Positions 13,293 through 27,476 of a stretch of DNA of 64,000 bases are shown piece after piece. The position numbers were made by a program, and so were the translations under genes. The stretch is from contig OX597816.1 in assembly GCA_951406725.2 (NCBI GenBank), forward strand, positions 49,972,001-50,036,000, in the 5' to 3' direction. How positions within the stretch are numbered: the stretch's first letter is position 1; each line of letters opens with the position of its first letter. The notes beneath the pieces were generated by a model. That model did no database searches and was not told where the DNA came from. It worked only from the letters and a program-made list of their open reading frames with translations. Source of the stretch: Octopus vulgaris (lineage: Eukaryota).

Positions 13293-14322
13293 TATATGTA
13301 TATATATATATATATAAGAAATTACAGTATGCTCCATGTCTCGTTCGGCCGCAATCATCAGCTGAGCGGCATGCTTCGACAAGATTTCGGCCCGCCAACA
13401 AGCTCAGTATCTCTCCACACGGTGGGATCGCAACAACTGGACATATTACGTTGCAACCGAATTTATGGCAGTTATGTGGTCTTATCCTCATTCATAAACC
13501 TGCTGGTAACCCAAGACCTGCACTAATAATCTCTCCTAGCATTCGGGCTTTCCTGTTTGGTTTACCTTTCACCGTGCAGAAGGCCGCACACAAGTCCTCG
13601 TCCATAGAGATACTCGCCGTCCAAAAGCTGGAACAGATGTAGGGTTCTATTGTCCCAGCACTCCAACGACTTATCGGCATTCACCGATCGAATATCTGTT
13701 ATTGATTCAAACTACCCTGCATCATTGATTGATGCATTTTCCTTCCTTTCACAGACTTGAAAACTTGCCTGCATCCACTACGCACCAAGTGGTTTCCATC
13801 ATAGCCATTATCCAATATATCCGTCCTAATTGCAGATGTAGTTATTGTAAGTCAGGAGATTTTACATCGCCAGTGGACCAGGGGACTCATCCTGGCCCAG
13901 CGATGGGCCGGAAGATTGGGCTGGGTTTGCCACACTTGAGGCAGGCGCTATCCCCAAAAGTCTACAAAGAGCCATCCTACCGTCGCTGCACAGTCAGGCC
14001 AGTACATAACGGCCATTTAGAACTGTTGCATAACCCAATCCTGCCCAAGCGCTGCTTCTCGCGAGAACTCAAGGCGGGCAGCTCACACCCGACAGTCTTA
14101 TCACTGCCGTCAGTGATGAAACTAATATAGATACATACATGATGAAAGTAATTGAAATCGAGACCATAAAATAGCGAAAGTAGTAATAGAGATGTTATTG
14201 TTTCACTTTTGAAACGTAATACGGAAGCTGTGTAAGAGATAAGAGATTGATCCGGTCACTACAGATAGATAGATAGATAGATAGATAGACATATAGATAT
14301 ACGTATATGCACATACATATTC

Positions 14323-14382
<60 letters not shown>

Positions 14383-15779
14383 ATATATATACATACATAT
14401 ATGAGTGTGTGCGTGTGTGTATACACACACAAGCATACTCGTGTTAATATTTTTACCATGATTCTTCATGGGAAATTATCTCTTGCGACATATAATTGTT
14501 GATCGTATTTTCTCATTCTTTCACTCTCTGCTCCCCTCTCTCTCTTTCTTTCTCTCTTACCTCTGTATGCATATACGTAATATACATACATACGTGCATA
14601 CATGCTTGTGTGTGTGTATGTTATTTTTAGAAAGTGCATGTATACTTTGTGTGTGTGTATCTGCGAGCCCATGTGCTTGTGTTTGCGCGCATTTTACTAT
14701 GTATGGGCAGGCTCTTCAGCGGTGAAATACAAAGGAAAATGATTTAACGCTGAAAGACAATATCTGCTTCAAATGTCTGACACGCATGTGTGGAAAACCA
14801 GAATATATAAACCGATGAATATATAAGTTAGACAAAACAAACCCTTTGCGAATCCGAAATACAATAACCAGAAGAGCACTTATTTATATGGATACACACG
14901 TGGATATATTTTGTATTTACATAAAATAAAAATGATCTCGTAATTCAATACAAAAGTAATTAAAGGACAAACTTGTCCATATTTACAAGTTGACAGTCAG
15001 TACCAAGTAAGAATCATACGTTGCACAACGTATCAATAAATTCTAACAGATAAGCACGCAGGAACGCAAAGATACAACCGTTTCGTGGATAGATTTTATA
15101 CAAATACGAAACAAAAAAATTCTTAACTAGCATTGGGATCTAGTATACACTCACTACGTATTTGTTTACCTAATGAAATATTTAATTTACTAATAGATAT
15201 ATAAATGACAGTACAGTAGTAATTAACGATCAGCACTGCACTTTCTTTGGTGATGTAACCTCCTCCCGAATGCCAAAATTTATACATACATGTGAATATA
15301 CGTAAATAAACACACACCAATACACATTTATAAATACCCTCGAATATACGTATATAAATCCATACAAGCGTATGTATGTAAACACTTACACCCAGATTTA
15401 TCCAATGGTCCATAAGGATTGTATTTTAAGCACGAATAACAATGGGCCGAAGTGGCATCTACGAGTATCCACGATCTAGTAAATTATACATATAATATAA
15501 TCTATTACTAAGCGACGATATTTTCAATATTTTGTTAGAGTTACTCAGCTCTCAACTGTTGACAATCTAGTTGTCTGTAAACTGCGACAACCCAAATCTA
15601 GCACTACCTACAGGTAGTGGGGTGCAGTGGCTGCAAAGGAGGTTAGCACCATGTATAAGATTATAAGATATTCGGAATAGAGACTGTTCAGCTCCGCAGT
15701 ACCTCTGTCAGCAGTTAAATCCTGCGGACGAAAGCGGCTTCTTGTGGCACCGGAGAGAAGTAGGAACCCCTAGTTCAAT

Positions 15780-17540
15780 CAATAGTTTTGATGCTATCCG
15801 ATTAAAGGAGGAGATTTACAAAGCACTACGCCCTCTTTCTTGCACTAACGGTACAAAAAATGTGTGAAAAGTCGCAAAAGAGGCAATAATGATCCCCAAT
15901 ATTAAGCCATTGGAAAAGTTTGTTCATATTCTAGATCCCAGTTTTAGATCACCAAATAAAGTTTTCTGGCAGACCATTAGCCGATTTTATTTTAGCAAGT
16001 CTGCCTCCGCGCCTACTATCACAAACTCGTCTGGGTTCCTTCCTCTCGAGACTTAGGGAGAATATTTTGCTGATCCGCTAAATCCGGTCACAATAAAAGC
16101 TGATGTACATGAGATACTCTATGAGCGATAACTAATCTCTTGGTGATTGAGGTGAGAAGGACAATTAAAGAGCTCAAATGAGGCAAGGCCCCTGAAAAGG
16201 ATGACATATGGGCCGAAATGATAAAGGCCTTAAACACAGAAGGCATTTTCTATCTGTCTCCAGAAATCCTGAATCCCTGGAAAAGTATCTAAGTCGTGGA
16301 AATCGTGAAAGATAATCTCAGATTTCAAAAAGGGAGGTAAAAATATGGCTCTTATTATGCAGGAATCTCCTTGTGAAGTATCACCGGCACAGTCTGTGTA
16401 TGGCAAAGAGATATTGGGACATTGTTCACTCCATGATGTGTGGTTTCTGCCCAGAATGCAGTAGAGACGATTAAATATTAACACTGCGACATGTCCTCGA
16501 CAAGTGGTGAAAGCATTGTCGAGAGGTGTATGCTTGCTTCATACACCTTGAAAATGCATGCGACCGCTTTTCATGGCAAGTGATGTGGAAATTCAGCAAG
16601 AATATGAGGTCGAAGAACATCGCCCATTTGTCTTGAAGTCTCTAAAAGATTCCCTATCATTACCGAATAGATGGTATTTAAGTCGAAACCCTTCCGACTC
16701 CTCCAAGAGCGCATATTCTCACTCTGCTGTTTATAATCTTTACGTACATGATTCACATACGCAGCTGGGTTGGAACTGGTATTGAGACAGGTGCGTGAAG
16801 AATCATTCAGCTGGAATTTGCAGACAACATGGTACTACTAAACACGTAGGGAGGTGATCTCTGAAACACACTTTATTCTGATCAGGAAAATCTGTGTGGT
16901 GAAGACTGAAACACACGTCGTCTCAAGGAAACCTACACAACGCTATGTACATGTTAGTGGAGTGCTATTGAAGCAGCCGAAGAAGTTCAGATAACACTTT
17001 CGCGAGTGAAGGAAGACAAGAAACTGGATTAAGTTCAAGAATTAGAGGAACTGCTGCAGTAATGCACCAGCTTCAATATTCACTCGCTCGCCAGAAGACG
17101 GTACATAGGTTATAAAAGCCAAACTATCTTCTGTTCATTGGTCGTGCTTACCCTTACCAATGGTGAAGAATCTTAGGTAATGGTCGAAAAGACATAATCG
17201 TGAATATAAGCAGCTGCGATGGGGTTCTACTGATGTGTTTTTAGAGTAACGTTATTCAATAGATTGTGTATCTCGAAGATCAAGGCAGAGCCGCAACGTC
17301 TCCGAAATTAGAGACAACAGCTTCGATACTACGGTCATGTTGTAAGAAAGTCTCCAAAAGAATCACTGAACGGGTTTTACGGTCAAGATCCTCAAGAGCC
17401 TCTAGGTTTAGATCACGTGGTAGAGGGGTGAACAGCATCTATAAGTCCGATTGGTTTCGGTCGTGAATCCGACAGGATAATTGGAAACGCTCGCTTCTTA
17501 CAGGACCAGTGAACATGATGAGATCAAGGTGATTGAGTCT
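15780..17540 (+). mobile_element. Decayed RTE-clade LINE (RT region)
   Basis: Broken motifs EVRRTIKELK*GKAPEKDDIWAEMIKAL, KKG..../Y.GIS, LLFII, LEFADN; many stops and frameshifts. Confidence 0.65.
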
Positions 17541-17574
17541 CTGCAATATGTTTGAATTTACTCAGTATATTTCC

Positions 17575-17720
17575 ATATTGCATTCCAATTTGGAGGAGGA
17601 AGTAATTTGATTATATCGACTCCAGTGTTCAATTTGTAATTATTTTATCGACTCCAAAAGAATGAAAGGCAAATTCAACGACATTCAGAAATTGAACTCA
17701 GTACAAGACGGAAGAAATGA
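17575..17720 (-). mobile_element. SINE family B, diverged
   Basis: ATCGACTCCAAAAGAATGAAAGGCAAA...TGAACTCAG matches the family B core. Confidence 0.6.
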
Positions 17721-19049
17721 TTATGCAAGCACACCGCTTTAATGGAATGTCATATTACTAGTGAATATTGCGTTGTTATTTTTAAATGAGCATGAAATAA
17801 TAATCTAAATTTATCACACACACACACGCACACATACGCACATTTATTGTTTACATATAATGTCATACATACTTATATAAGTGTAGTGTTCGGAATCTTC
17901 CTTTGAAGACATAGGGTCAGTTTATTCAACCAAAATGTTTAAAGCGATACCCCAGCATAGCCGCAGTCCAATGGCAGAAAGGGGTATAATATATACATAT
18001 GTATATTATTTAGGCAGTGTTATTCGGCTCCCTGCAACTTAAAGTTTCCCAGGCCGCTAAAACCCTAATATAAGCCAGTGTCTTTCAGGCTTGACACTAC
18101 CGACTCGATAATCTAAAAGCTGAATGAGGCGGGCTTCTGTTAGAGGCCTGCCAAACTTTAATAGTTTGATTCGTATGGAAACGAATCAAACTCTCTGAAA
18201 TTAAAAATATATCTCCTAGTAAATCTTTTGAGTAGTACCCTTTTCTTTTGTTTCTCCACTTACTCGGATAAATATGTGTGTGTGTGCCTATGTGTGTGTG
18301 TGATTGTTTGTGTATGTGTGCGTAAAAAGAGCATCAACTAAATATCTAATAATCAGATACTTCGGGGTTAATAAACAAACACACACACACGTTTACATCA
18401 GGGTACTTCACACATTTTTTTATGCAAACATTTAACAATAACATAAGGATACTGAATAGAATGTATATCTTTGTTCATTTAGCACCCTTCAGTAGAGCGT
18501 GACAGATAATTCCGTAGTGGCACCCAGTCATCATTATTTGATACTGAAATTAAATCTTCTATGGCAGCTTCACACTATTGTTTGAATTTTATTAATTCAG
18601 AATGATGAAATTATATCGGCACCTGTGTGGCCTTTCAACTATGTTTCTAGTTTCGTTACTTTTAGAGAACCCACGGACGTTCATTATTTTTGTTTCATTG
18701 CAGAATTTTTAATTCATTTACTCTATTTATCTCACTCTTTTTCTTACAGGGAATCCCTAACACTTCAACAGTAATAATTCTAAAATTTTATTGTCATTTC
18801 AAAATCATATTAAGTTAAGAACTCGATAATAGAAAATTGATTTTCCATTCAAGTGCCATTCTGTTAAAAGTATGGTGAAAACTTTTCAGTTTACATTTCT
18901 CACATCCATACGTCTAGGTGCGCACTTTTTCTTTCATACGCACATATATATGTGCATGCACATTATAAAATAACACAGGCACATATTTACATATACGTAT
19001 ATATATATATATATATACATACAAACATATATATATACAAACATATATA

Positions 19050-19105
<56 letters not shown>

Positions 19106-19136
19106 CATATATTTACATACATACATATATACATAC

Positions 19137-19195
<59 letters not shown>

Positions 19196-20256
19196 GATCA
19201 ATATAGGTGTCTGTGTGTATGTGTGTGTGTGCGTGTTTGAGCTTGCGCATGACAGAGAGTGAGCTGAAATAAATACAGGTAAAAGGAAATACAAATAAAG
19301 TCATACGGTTGTAGACACCTGAAAGGATAATAAAAGCTTCATTTGTAACACATGATTTGAAGTGATGTACTTTTAATATTTTTAACTCTGAAGGAATAGA
19401 CTAGACTCTCACTTACAGTGTGAAATACAAAAACAAAATTGAAACGAAACCTTAGACTTGTGAACGATATTTTAGTATTATACTCTATTGCGCATCAGCA
19501 ATGTATCCAACAAATACGAGTGTCATAGAAGAGCCATTTGATAGGTAGATATAAAACATAACAAAGTGAAGCAAATATCTTTAGGAAACCACTGGAATGT
19601 GCAGGAAAGGATATAATGAACAATAGCAAGACCCAAAGCATAGAAAACTATACACTCAGAAAATAACACGAGCAGCTACCGATGAAAAGGCATCCACAAT
19701 TGAAAGGTAGCCTAAGAGGACAATACAAAATTTAGAATAGACAGTATACCTCAGAAGGAAGAATGCGACACAGGAGAATGTATAATGCACACTATTAGTC
19801 CGTGAAAGACAGGAAATGCTACAGGAACTGCCATACAAGAAATAATGAGGGAATTTCAGCAACTCCTGATATGGAGGAAATGAAGACGGAAAGCTAATCC
19901 ACAGCCACAATATACCTGTGTTTTCAAACAGAATAAAGCACAAACCAACACCACATCTGAAAAATCGGGTGTGTTTCTGATCGCAAGTTGTTTTGAGATT
20001 GTAATAGTACGACTATATTGGTCCCTCAATTGTAGTGACAGATAATTTCACATATATAAGGAGCTTCAAGTTTGTGCTTTCGTAAAGATTATGGTTATAT
20101 ACGATGTTTGGCAATTTTTAAATTTCCTGATGGTCTGGGTTACACAACACAGAGGCACTCATACATGTATACACACACGTATATGCATGTGCGTGTGTAT
20201 GTGTATGTGAGTCCGTGAATGCGGTGTAGTATATATATATAAGTACAGCAAAAATT

Positions 20257-20450
20257 TAAATTCAAATGAATATGGTACCAAATTTAGGTGCACCAGAATT
20301 CTGTATGGTGTTATCAATATAAATCGGTGGGGTGATTATAATCAAAATAAGCAACAAGAATGACTCCGTTAATTTGGTACGATCGTTTCGTACCACATCA
20401 TTTTATCAAAATTACCAAATTACCGGAGTCATTCTTGTTGCTTATTTTCA

Positions 20451-20451
<1 letters not shown>
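20257..20451. repeat. Inverted repeat element next to (TA)n
   Basis: 36-bp arms at 20344-20379 and 20413-20448 with one mismatch; the loop and arm edge contain GAAAC-GATC-GTA on the minus strand. Confidence 0.7.
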
Positions 20452-20501
<50 letters not shown>

Positions 20502-20507
20502 CATGTA

Positions 20508-20543
<36 letters not shown>

Positions 20544-20612
20544 TGTATGTATAAATGTGAGTATAAAGAAGTGGTGTATATACCGAAGTGTGTATATATA
20601 TACATACGTCTG

Positions 20613-20667
<55 letters not shown>

Positions 20668-21171
20668 GAATATCGAACAATGAGAATGACTGTTCAACAC
20701 CGCATTGCTGATAGACACAAGTACACACTCACATGCACACATACATTCAGATACATATATACTCATATATATACAAAAATATATGTGTGTAGGCGCGAAG
20801 ATGTGCATATGCCTATATGAATATATATGTTCAATAAAGCAGGGTGCCAAAATTTCGATTGGGAGAGGATTTAGACCAATCTAAACATAGGACTGCAACA
20901 AACTTCCTTATGTTCTTACATCAATAATTCTGAGTAATCCATATTGCGACCAAATACGTTTGCAAAATATATGACACAAATAACTAAAGTTGATCATGAT
21001 GTTATGTTCTAATGTTGCTTATCCATGACAATTTAATCTTCTTAAGGAAATATAGGATTACAGTAAGATGTATATGTATGCACTTATCACACATAGTGTA
21101 TGATTCATACCATAACATAATATCATTGGTACCATATCCCCAAATCCTCAATCACGGATAGGCATGTGTGT

Positions 21172-21261
<90 letters not shown>

Positions 21262-21396
21262 GCATATATATATATATATATACATATATACACATATTTT
21301 GTTCAATCTGTGGAGATTCATTATGCCAACAACATTAACACACGCACTGGTTCAATTCCACTCCTTTATTATTGGTCAATTGGTTAAATATCCAAA

Positions 21397-21443
<47 letters not shown>

Positions 21444-21449
<6 letters not shown>

Positions 21450-21508
21450 ATTACGTGACCGACCAGACTATCAGATGATGCCACCCCGCTGGCTAAGCGA
21501 GCAGGCAA
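21444..21508 (+). mobile_element. Short (TA)n-embedded repeat, internally deleted copy
   Basis: Matches both ends of the reverse complement of 31855-31967. Confidence 0.7.
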
Positions 21509-21516
21509 TATGTATA

Positions 21517-21611
<95 letters not shown>

Positions 21612-21733
21612 AGAGAGAGAGAGAGAGTGTGTGGATATGTTTGTGTGTGCGTATGTGTGTGTATGTATATACAGGAAGAAAGAAGGATTTCGAAACACAC
21701 ACTCACACTCACACCTACAGAAAGGCGCCCCTA

Positions 21734-21786
<53 letters not shown>

Positions 21787-23562
21787 TGAGTTGGTAATAT
21801 GACATTGCTTTGAAAACGATTTCATTTATTTAATCGAGGATCAAATCTCGCGCGTTTGAAAGGAAGAATTTAATTGAATATTTTTAAGTCGTTGATTCCC
21901 TAAACCATTTCTATGTTTTACTGTATCGTAGTATCCTATTGTATATATGTCTGTGTGAGTAGATGTGTGTGTGTGCCCGCTTATATAATGAGTCTTAAAA
22001 TTACCTTTTCTTAGCAGTTGTTTATACGAAGTTCCTTTGAAGTCATATATTTTCAGAACTCAGTTGTCTATTAGAATGGAAATATTGTGAAAGGAAAAAT
22101 GAATAAAAAACAAAAACAAAAAAAGACTAAACGGAACACGCTGATGAGATGAAGTTAGGAAAAGAAAAATGATTCCACATGGCTTAAGATAAATATTTAG
22201 TGACTGCACGTCACTTATGTTATATTAAACACAAACAGATGGCTAAGTATTTCCTGTTACGTTCTTGGCAAGAGAACAAGTCTTTGATTTTGGTTATTTT
22301 TCGAACACTTATTGGCATAGTATGCGTTTCTGGCTTTGTAGGTTTTTATATAGTGTTTTTTTTTTTGTTTATCTTCTCATTCATTTATATACACTTTCCT
22401 TTTTTTCACTTCAGGTTTGATTTAAAGGCCCTCTATCAATGAAAGGAAAAACACTAAATCAAGCAACAGTCTGGTTTATAATGTGAAATGATGGAGAATA
22501 TTAATCGAATTTCCCGTTGAGCAAACAGTTTGCCGTAACTTAACAACCATTAAACTCTGGGTGTATGTCATAGTTAATTACTATCCTTCTCGCGGTAATG
22601 TGTGGCAAATATTCAAGAAAATCTGGTCAAAGGAAAAATTTATTGTTCGTGCTCGACTATATTTTTTTTTATGTCAGCTACTGCTCCTGCTCTAAATACA
22701 TTACATTTAATCCAACAACCAACGAGTTAAATTTTATACATACATACATATATACATTCATTATCTATCTATCTTGATTTCTCTGACTCTCTCTCTGTCT
22801 CTCTTTCTCTAAAATGCACACACATATATATAGGTATATATATATATATTATATCTATATGTTTCTCACATCTATCTATCTAGTTATCTATCTATCAATC
22901 TAGTTATCTATGTATTTATCTATACACACGCGCACGAATGCACACGCTCACACACACATAAATTATTATGGATATGTATACATCGCGAACCGTTTTTAAA
23001 TGCAGGAATTAAATAGTGCGAAAAATGCAATATTTTCAATAGAATTTTTAAACACTTTTAAAAAATTGTATTAATTATTATATGCGTACTCTCTCCTTGT
23101 GTCCTTGTGCTGGTTGCTTTTACAAACTAGCTTGTCACCTGCTGCAGTCCTCGTTCCGCCTGATCATACACTTTTGTTGATATACTTGTACTTACAATGT
23201 AGGCTTGAGAGACTTAAGTTAAAAGTTAGCATTGGCTTGAAAGATGTAAAAGGAGATTTATGTGCAACATCTACCCCTTGACAATGATAAATTTCTTGTT
23301 GTTGTGCATCCGAAGTAGTAGTGCAAGGTTCACACCTCTTAATTTATTCTCGTGTAAAATGAACATCCTTTCAATTTGTTCGAGTTACTTCAACACGACA
23401 TATAGGATAAATGTTATGCACATTAAAGTGTTGCTGAGATAAAACCACTGATAAGTGTGAATATGTATTTCTTTTTGCTACCAGTGTTAAAACAATTTGT
23501 ATTCAGTTGATTTTGTAACCACTGCAGTTATGATGTAAAGTACGATAGTTGCAGGAACCCTA

Positions 23563-24018
23563 TCAATATCTATAAAGCTGAAATGTGAAAAAGTTGTTTG
23601 ATTTCTTGTGTATTTGTCTCATTTTGGAATGGGAACGGTTTTAAGGGGCGGTAGATGGGGCCGGATGGCGCCAAAATTTACAAGTGTGGTAAAACGGGGT
23701 GGGCAATGGTGTGAGGAGGCTTTCAAATCGCTCTGGGTTACCGTTTGGTTGACATGGTGAGGAATATGGGAAACGTTGTGTTTTATGGGATAGACAGGTT
23801 GCGCTTTTTGAATGATGGTCGCTTTTCGTGTTGCTGCAGGGGCTAGAGGCGGTTATCTTTAATTGTCGGTGTAAAACTTTGGGGGATTTTAGAAAGAGGG
23901 GGGGGGGTTAGAGAAAACGGCAATAAAAAGAACCAGGCAAAGATGAACAAAAGAAGAACGGGGAAAGGAGACAACACCACCACCAAAACCCGAGCGAAGC
24001 ACGGGTCAAAATAGCTAG
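23563..24018 (+). mobile_element. Probable non-autonomous Helitron
   Basis: 5' A|TC..TATAAAGCTG; subterminal hairpin ACCCGAGC-GAA-GCACGGGT (23988-24006); 3' CTAG|T at 24015-24019; no TSD. Confidence 0.6.
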
Positions 24019-25261
24019 TCTATAAGATAAAAACCAAACAGCGGATGCGTGGCAGTCTCCTCTTTTGCCAACCAGTAGTGTATATATGATATATGCAAAG
24101 GTGTACTTTGCGTGTATCATATGGATAGCAGAAACATTCTGGCTACCATATTCTGCCCAGTTTGGGCTGACTGCCAAACATAATCTCTGTAGTAAGTTAT
24201 GACTCTGTAATATTGATTGTGCAAATGAAGTAAACCCGGCCTGCTATAATTACGAATAGAAATCACGGCTATCCGTACAGACCAAATATGAATGAAGTTG
24301 ATCATATAAACAACAATACAACATTGGCAGAATGATCATCATTTGCGACAGCCTCTTTAAAAGAAAAGTTACTCTTCATCATTAGCCTGTTTTAAATTTG
24401 TCTGATACAGCAGAATCGCTGAGATTTTTTGTCATGCATACCAAAAAAAATAGACTGGTGAAAGGGTAAATCGTATTTCATAACATGCATAACAACGCAT
24501 CCGACCATCCTTCAGATGTTATTGGCAGAAAATACTATCATATCTCGTCTTTGATTTTCTCAGGTTTATCCAGATCACCCTCATAGAATATAATAGGAGT
24601 GATATAGCCATCATAAGACATACGAATATCTGATATGCAAATCACTTTATCGTCCATATATGTACATGTATGTGTTTGCATGTGCATTTGTTTGACAACA
24701 CATTTGTATTTGCAACAGTAGCATTAAGATTCAATTCTACTGAAAATTACTAATTTTCAGGTTATACACCACACATATAATTCGTGTACTGTGTATATCC
24801 AAAGAAATGCTCAACTGAAACTTTAAAATAAATGCACAAAAATGTGCTTATTCATACAGATATAGATTGCAAACTGATTAATTAGTTCATACGTTTTTGC
24901 TTACTTAACTGAATTTAAAATATATATTTGTAAAAATGTGTATAATAAATATATATATTGCAATAGTATTATCGAGGTTTCATGTGTCAGTCAATCATCC
25001 TCTAATTGACTGCAATGATTGATGATGTCTTTAGAAGTAGATATTCATTATGGGTTGGCTAGGAAAACTGAAAGAAAAAATTAAAAATGACAGTTAACCA
25101 AACGCAGGTAGGAAATTACTTGCCATAAGCACGAAACCTGCAAAGAATGGCTATATGGTCAAGATAAAACGACATGTGCTATTTGGACACACAATTAAAT
25201 ACTTCCATCATACATAGTGACTACATGTGAATTCATGTTTGCATGTGACTGTATACGTGAT

Positions 25262-25315
<54 letters not shown>

Positions 25316-25319
<4 letters not shown>

Positions 25320-25530
25320 AATGTAATATGTAACAATTATTCGGTAGCCATGATAAAACTCCGAGTTACATATGTCGAAGAGATGGCGGCGTAGATTTCC
25401 ACCCTGACATCTGAAACTCAGAGTTTTATCATGGATACCGAATAATTGTCACATTATATTTACAGATAAATTCCTCTATTTACATAATATCGAGGTCTCT
25501 TTCATTCTTTTGTTGTCGTACAATTTCTAT

Positions 25531-25533
<3 letters not shown>
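25316..25533. mobile_element. Foldback element in (TA)n with one-sided tail
   Basis: About 60-bp imperfect arms at 25316-25376 and 25406-25464, tail to 25533, (TA)n on both sides. Confidence 0.7.
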
Positions 25534-25591
<58 letters not shown>

Positions 25592-25594
<3 letters not shown>

Positions 25595-25780
25595 AGAGTT
25601 TACGAAAAAACAAAAGACGAAGACAGGTGGTGTACAAAACAAACAGATGTATTAGTATAACGATCAGGAATAGAAAAAGTCTTTTAGGTTTCGAGCCTAC
25701 GCTCTTCTACGGAAAGGGACACAGAAAAGACAAGGAAAGAAAAAAAATGTGTGTAGTGGCTAACGATCTATCATGACGAA
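25592..25780 (-). mobile_element. Family D pseudo-LTR-type repeat
   Basis: Reverse complement contains GAAGAGCGTAGGCTCGAAACCTAAAAGAC and the CACCTGTCTTCGTCTTTTG end seen at 4885-5062. Confidence 0.65.
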
Positions 25781-26182
25781 TAGTCTGTATATATGCATGT
25801 ACGTATATATGTATTTGTCGCGTGGGTGCGAGTGTCCCTGTAAAAATGCATAAGTAAATAGATTTTGGGATGCAGTATGTATGAAACTTGCCCGACAATC
25901 ATAAGGTCTCGGACTGGATTCCAGGGTTAAAGCGTTCATCATTAAGGCCACAGACTGAAACTAGCTTTGTGAATAAAATTGAATACACGGAAAATTGTCG
26001 AAAAATTAATGTTTTTTTGCTAGCATCGAGTCTCTAAGGTTATGTCTGTTATTTAAATAGTCAATCACTTATACAATGCTTCAGTCACCACAAACTTAAA
26101 TGAAACGATCGACGGAATTTAGTTTCTTATGAAGAAGGTCATTATGCCAATAATCAACACATGCACCGGTTATAGTTCACTT

Positions 26183-26429
26183 TGGAGGCGAGTGGCTTAG
26201 TGGTGATTGGTGTTGGACCCATGATCGTAAGATTGGGGTTCTGATTTCTGGGCCGTGCTACTGTGTGTGTTCTTGAGCAAAACACTTAATTTCACGTTGC
26301 TCCACTCCCTTCAGCTGGCAAAAATGACTAATGCTGCAACGGACCGGAGTCCTGTCCAGCTGTAGAATGTATATGCAATGGAAACGAGGAAACCTACCCA
26401 ATGAGTCTATATGACTCGAGAAAGAACTA

Positions 26430-26430
<1 letters not shown>
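26183..26430 (+). mobile_element. tRNA-derived SINE
   Basis: GGAGGCGAGTGGCTTAGTGG head and GTGTTCTTGAGCAAAACACTT central motif, the latter shared with the SINEs at 56155 and 58994. Confidence 0.65.
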
Positions 26431-26526
<96 letters not shown>

Positions 26527-26720
26527 ACTACTACTAATACTACCAGCACCAGCACCACCACCACCACTACTACGACTACTACTACCACCACCACCACCAC
26601 CACCACTACTGCTGCTACTACTACTATTACTATTACTACTACTACTAATACTACTACTATTATTATTACTACTACTACTACTACAACTATAATACCACCA
26701 CCGTTACTACTATTACTACC
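26429..26720. repeat. Compound trinucleotide microsatellite (TAC)/(TGC)/(CAC)/(TAT)
   Basis: Seen directly. Confidence 0.95.
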
Positions 26721-26738
26721 ACTAATATTTCACTGCTT

Positions 26739-27050
26739 ATTCTTTATTGTCCACAAGGGGCTAAACATAGAGGGGACAAACAAGGACAGACAAACGGATT
26801 AAGTCGATTACATCGTTACGTTCTGAGTTCAAATTCTACCGAGGTCGACTTTGCCTTTCATCCTTTCGGGGTGGATAAATTAAGTACCTGTTGCGCACCA
26901 GTGCGCAACAGGTACTTAATTTATCCACCCCGAAAGGATGAAAGGCAAAGTCGACCTCGGTAGAATTTGAACTCTGAACGTTTACGGAAAAATTGAAATA
27001 CCCCTAAGCATTTCGCCCAGCGTGCTAACGATTCTGCCAGTTCGCCACCT
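26739..27050 (-). mobile_element. SINE family B with internal 81-bp inverted duplication and 14-bp TSD
   Basis: Core GCCTTTCATCCTTTCGGGG..ATAAATTAAGTACC (resembles the Meta/MESC SINE domain, from memory). TSD ATATTTCACT(G/T)CTT at 26725-26738 and 27052-27065. Confidence 0.85.
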
Positions 27051-27412
27051 TATATTTCACTTCTTTAATGAAGTTGAACTAGAGTACAAAGGACATGTCA
27101 TTCAGGAATTCGCTGATAGTAATGAAAGGAATTCGACAAGCTTCACTGATTGGCTGAAAGATTAATGAAACATTCGATTAGTTAGCCTGGAATTTTTTAA
27201 TCAATTGACAAATGATGATAACATAAGTGAAACAGAACCAGTGTGTGTGCTTCTTATTGCCATAATGACTCTTCTGAGATACAACAGAAATTGTATTAAC
27301 TCAAGATCTGACATCAAGTATCTTTGAAATGGAACAAACCTACTTATTACCAGAACGAATATAGACAAGTTGTAACACGAATATACACACCATGCATATG
27401 TGTATGTTTGTG

Positions 27413-27472
<60 letters not shown>

Positions 27473-27476
<4 letters not shown>

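Noticed and set aside
13328-13372. Minus-strand CTGATGA...GAAC
   Set aside because: GAAA is incomplete, with no NUH or stem I pairing.
14135-14226. ATGATGA...GAAACGTA hammerhead-like arrangement
   Set aside because: C3 is missing and stem I cannot form.
18725-18778. Polypyrimidine-CAG followed by a possible 21-bp micro-exon
   Set aside because: The donor site is weak and there is no supporting neighbouring exon; such matches are expected by chance in AT-rich DNA.
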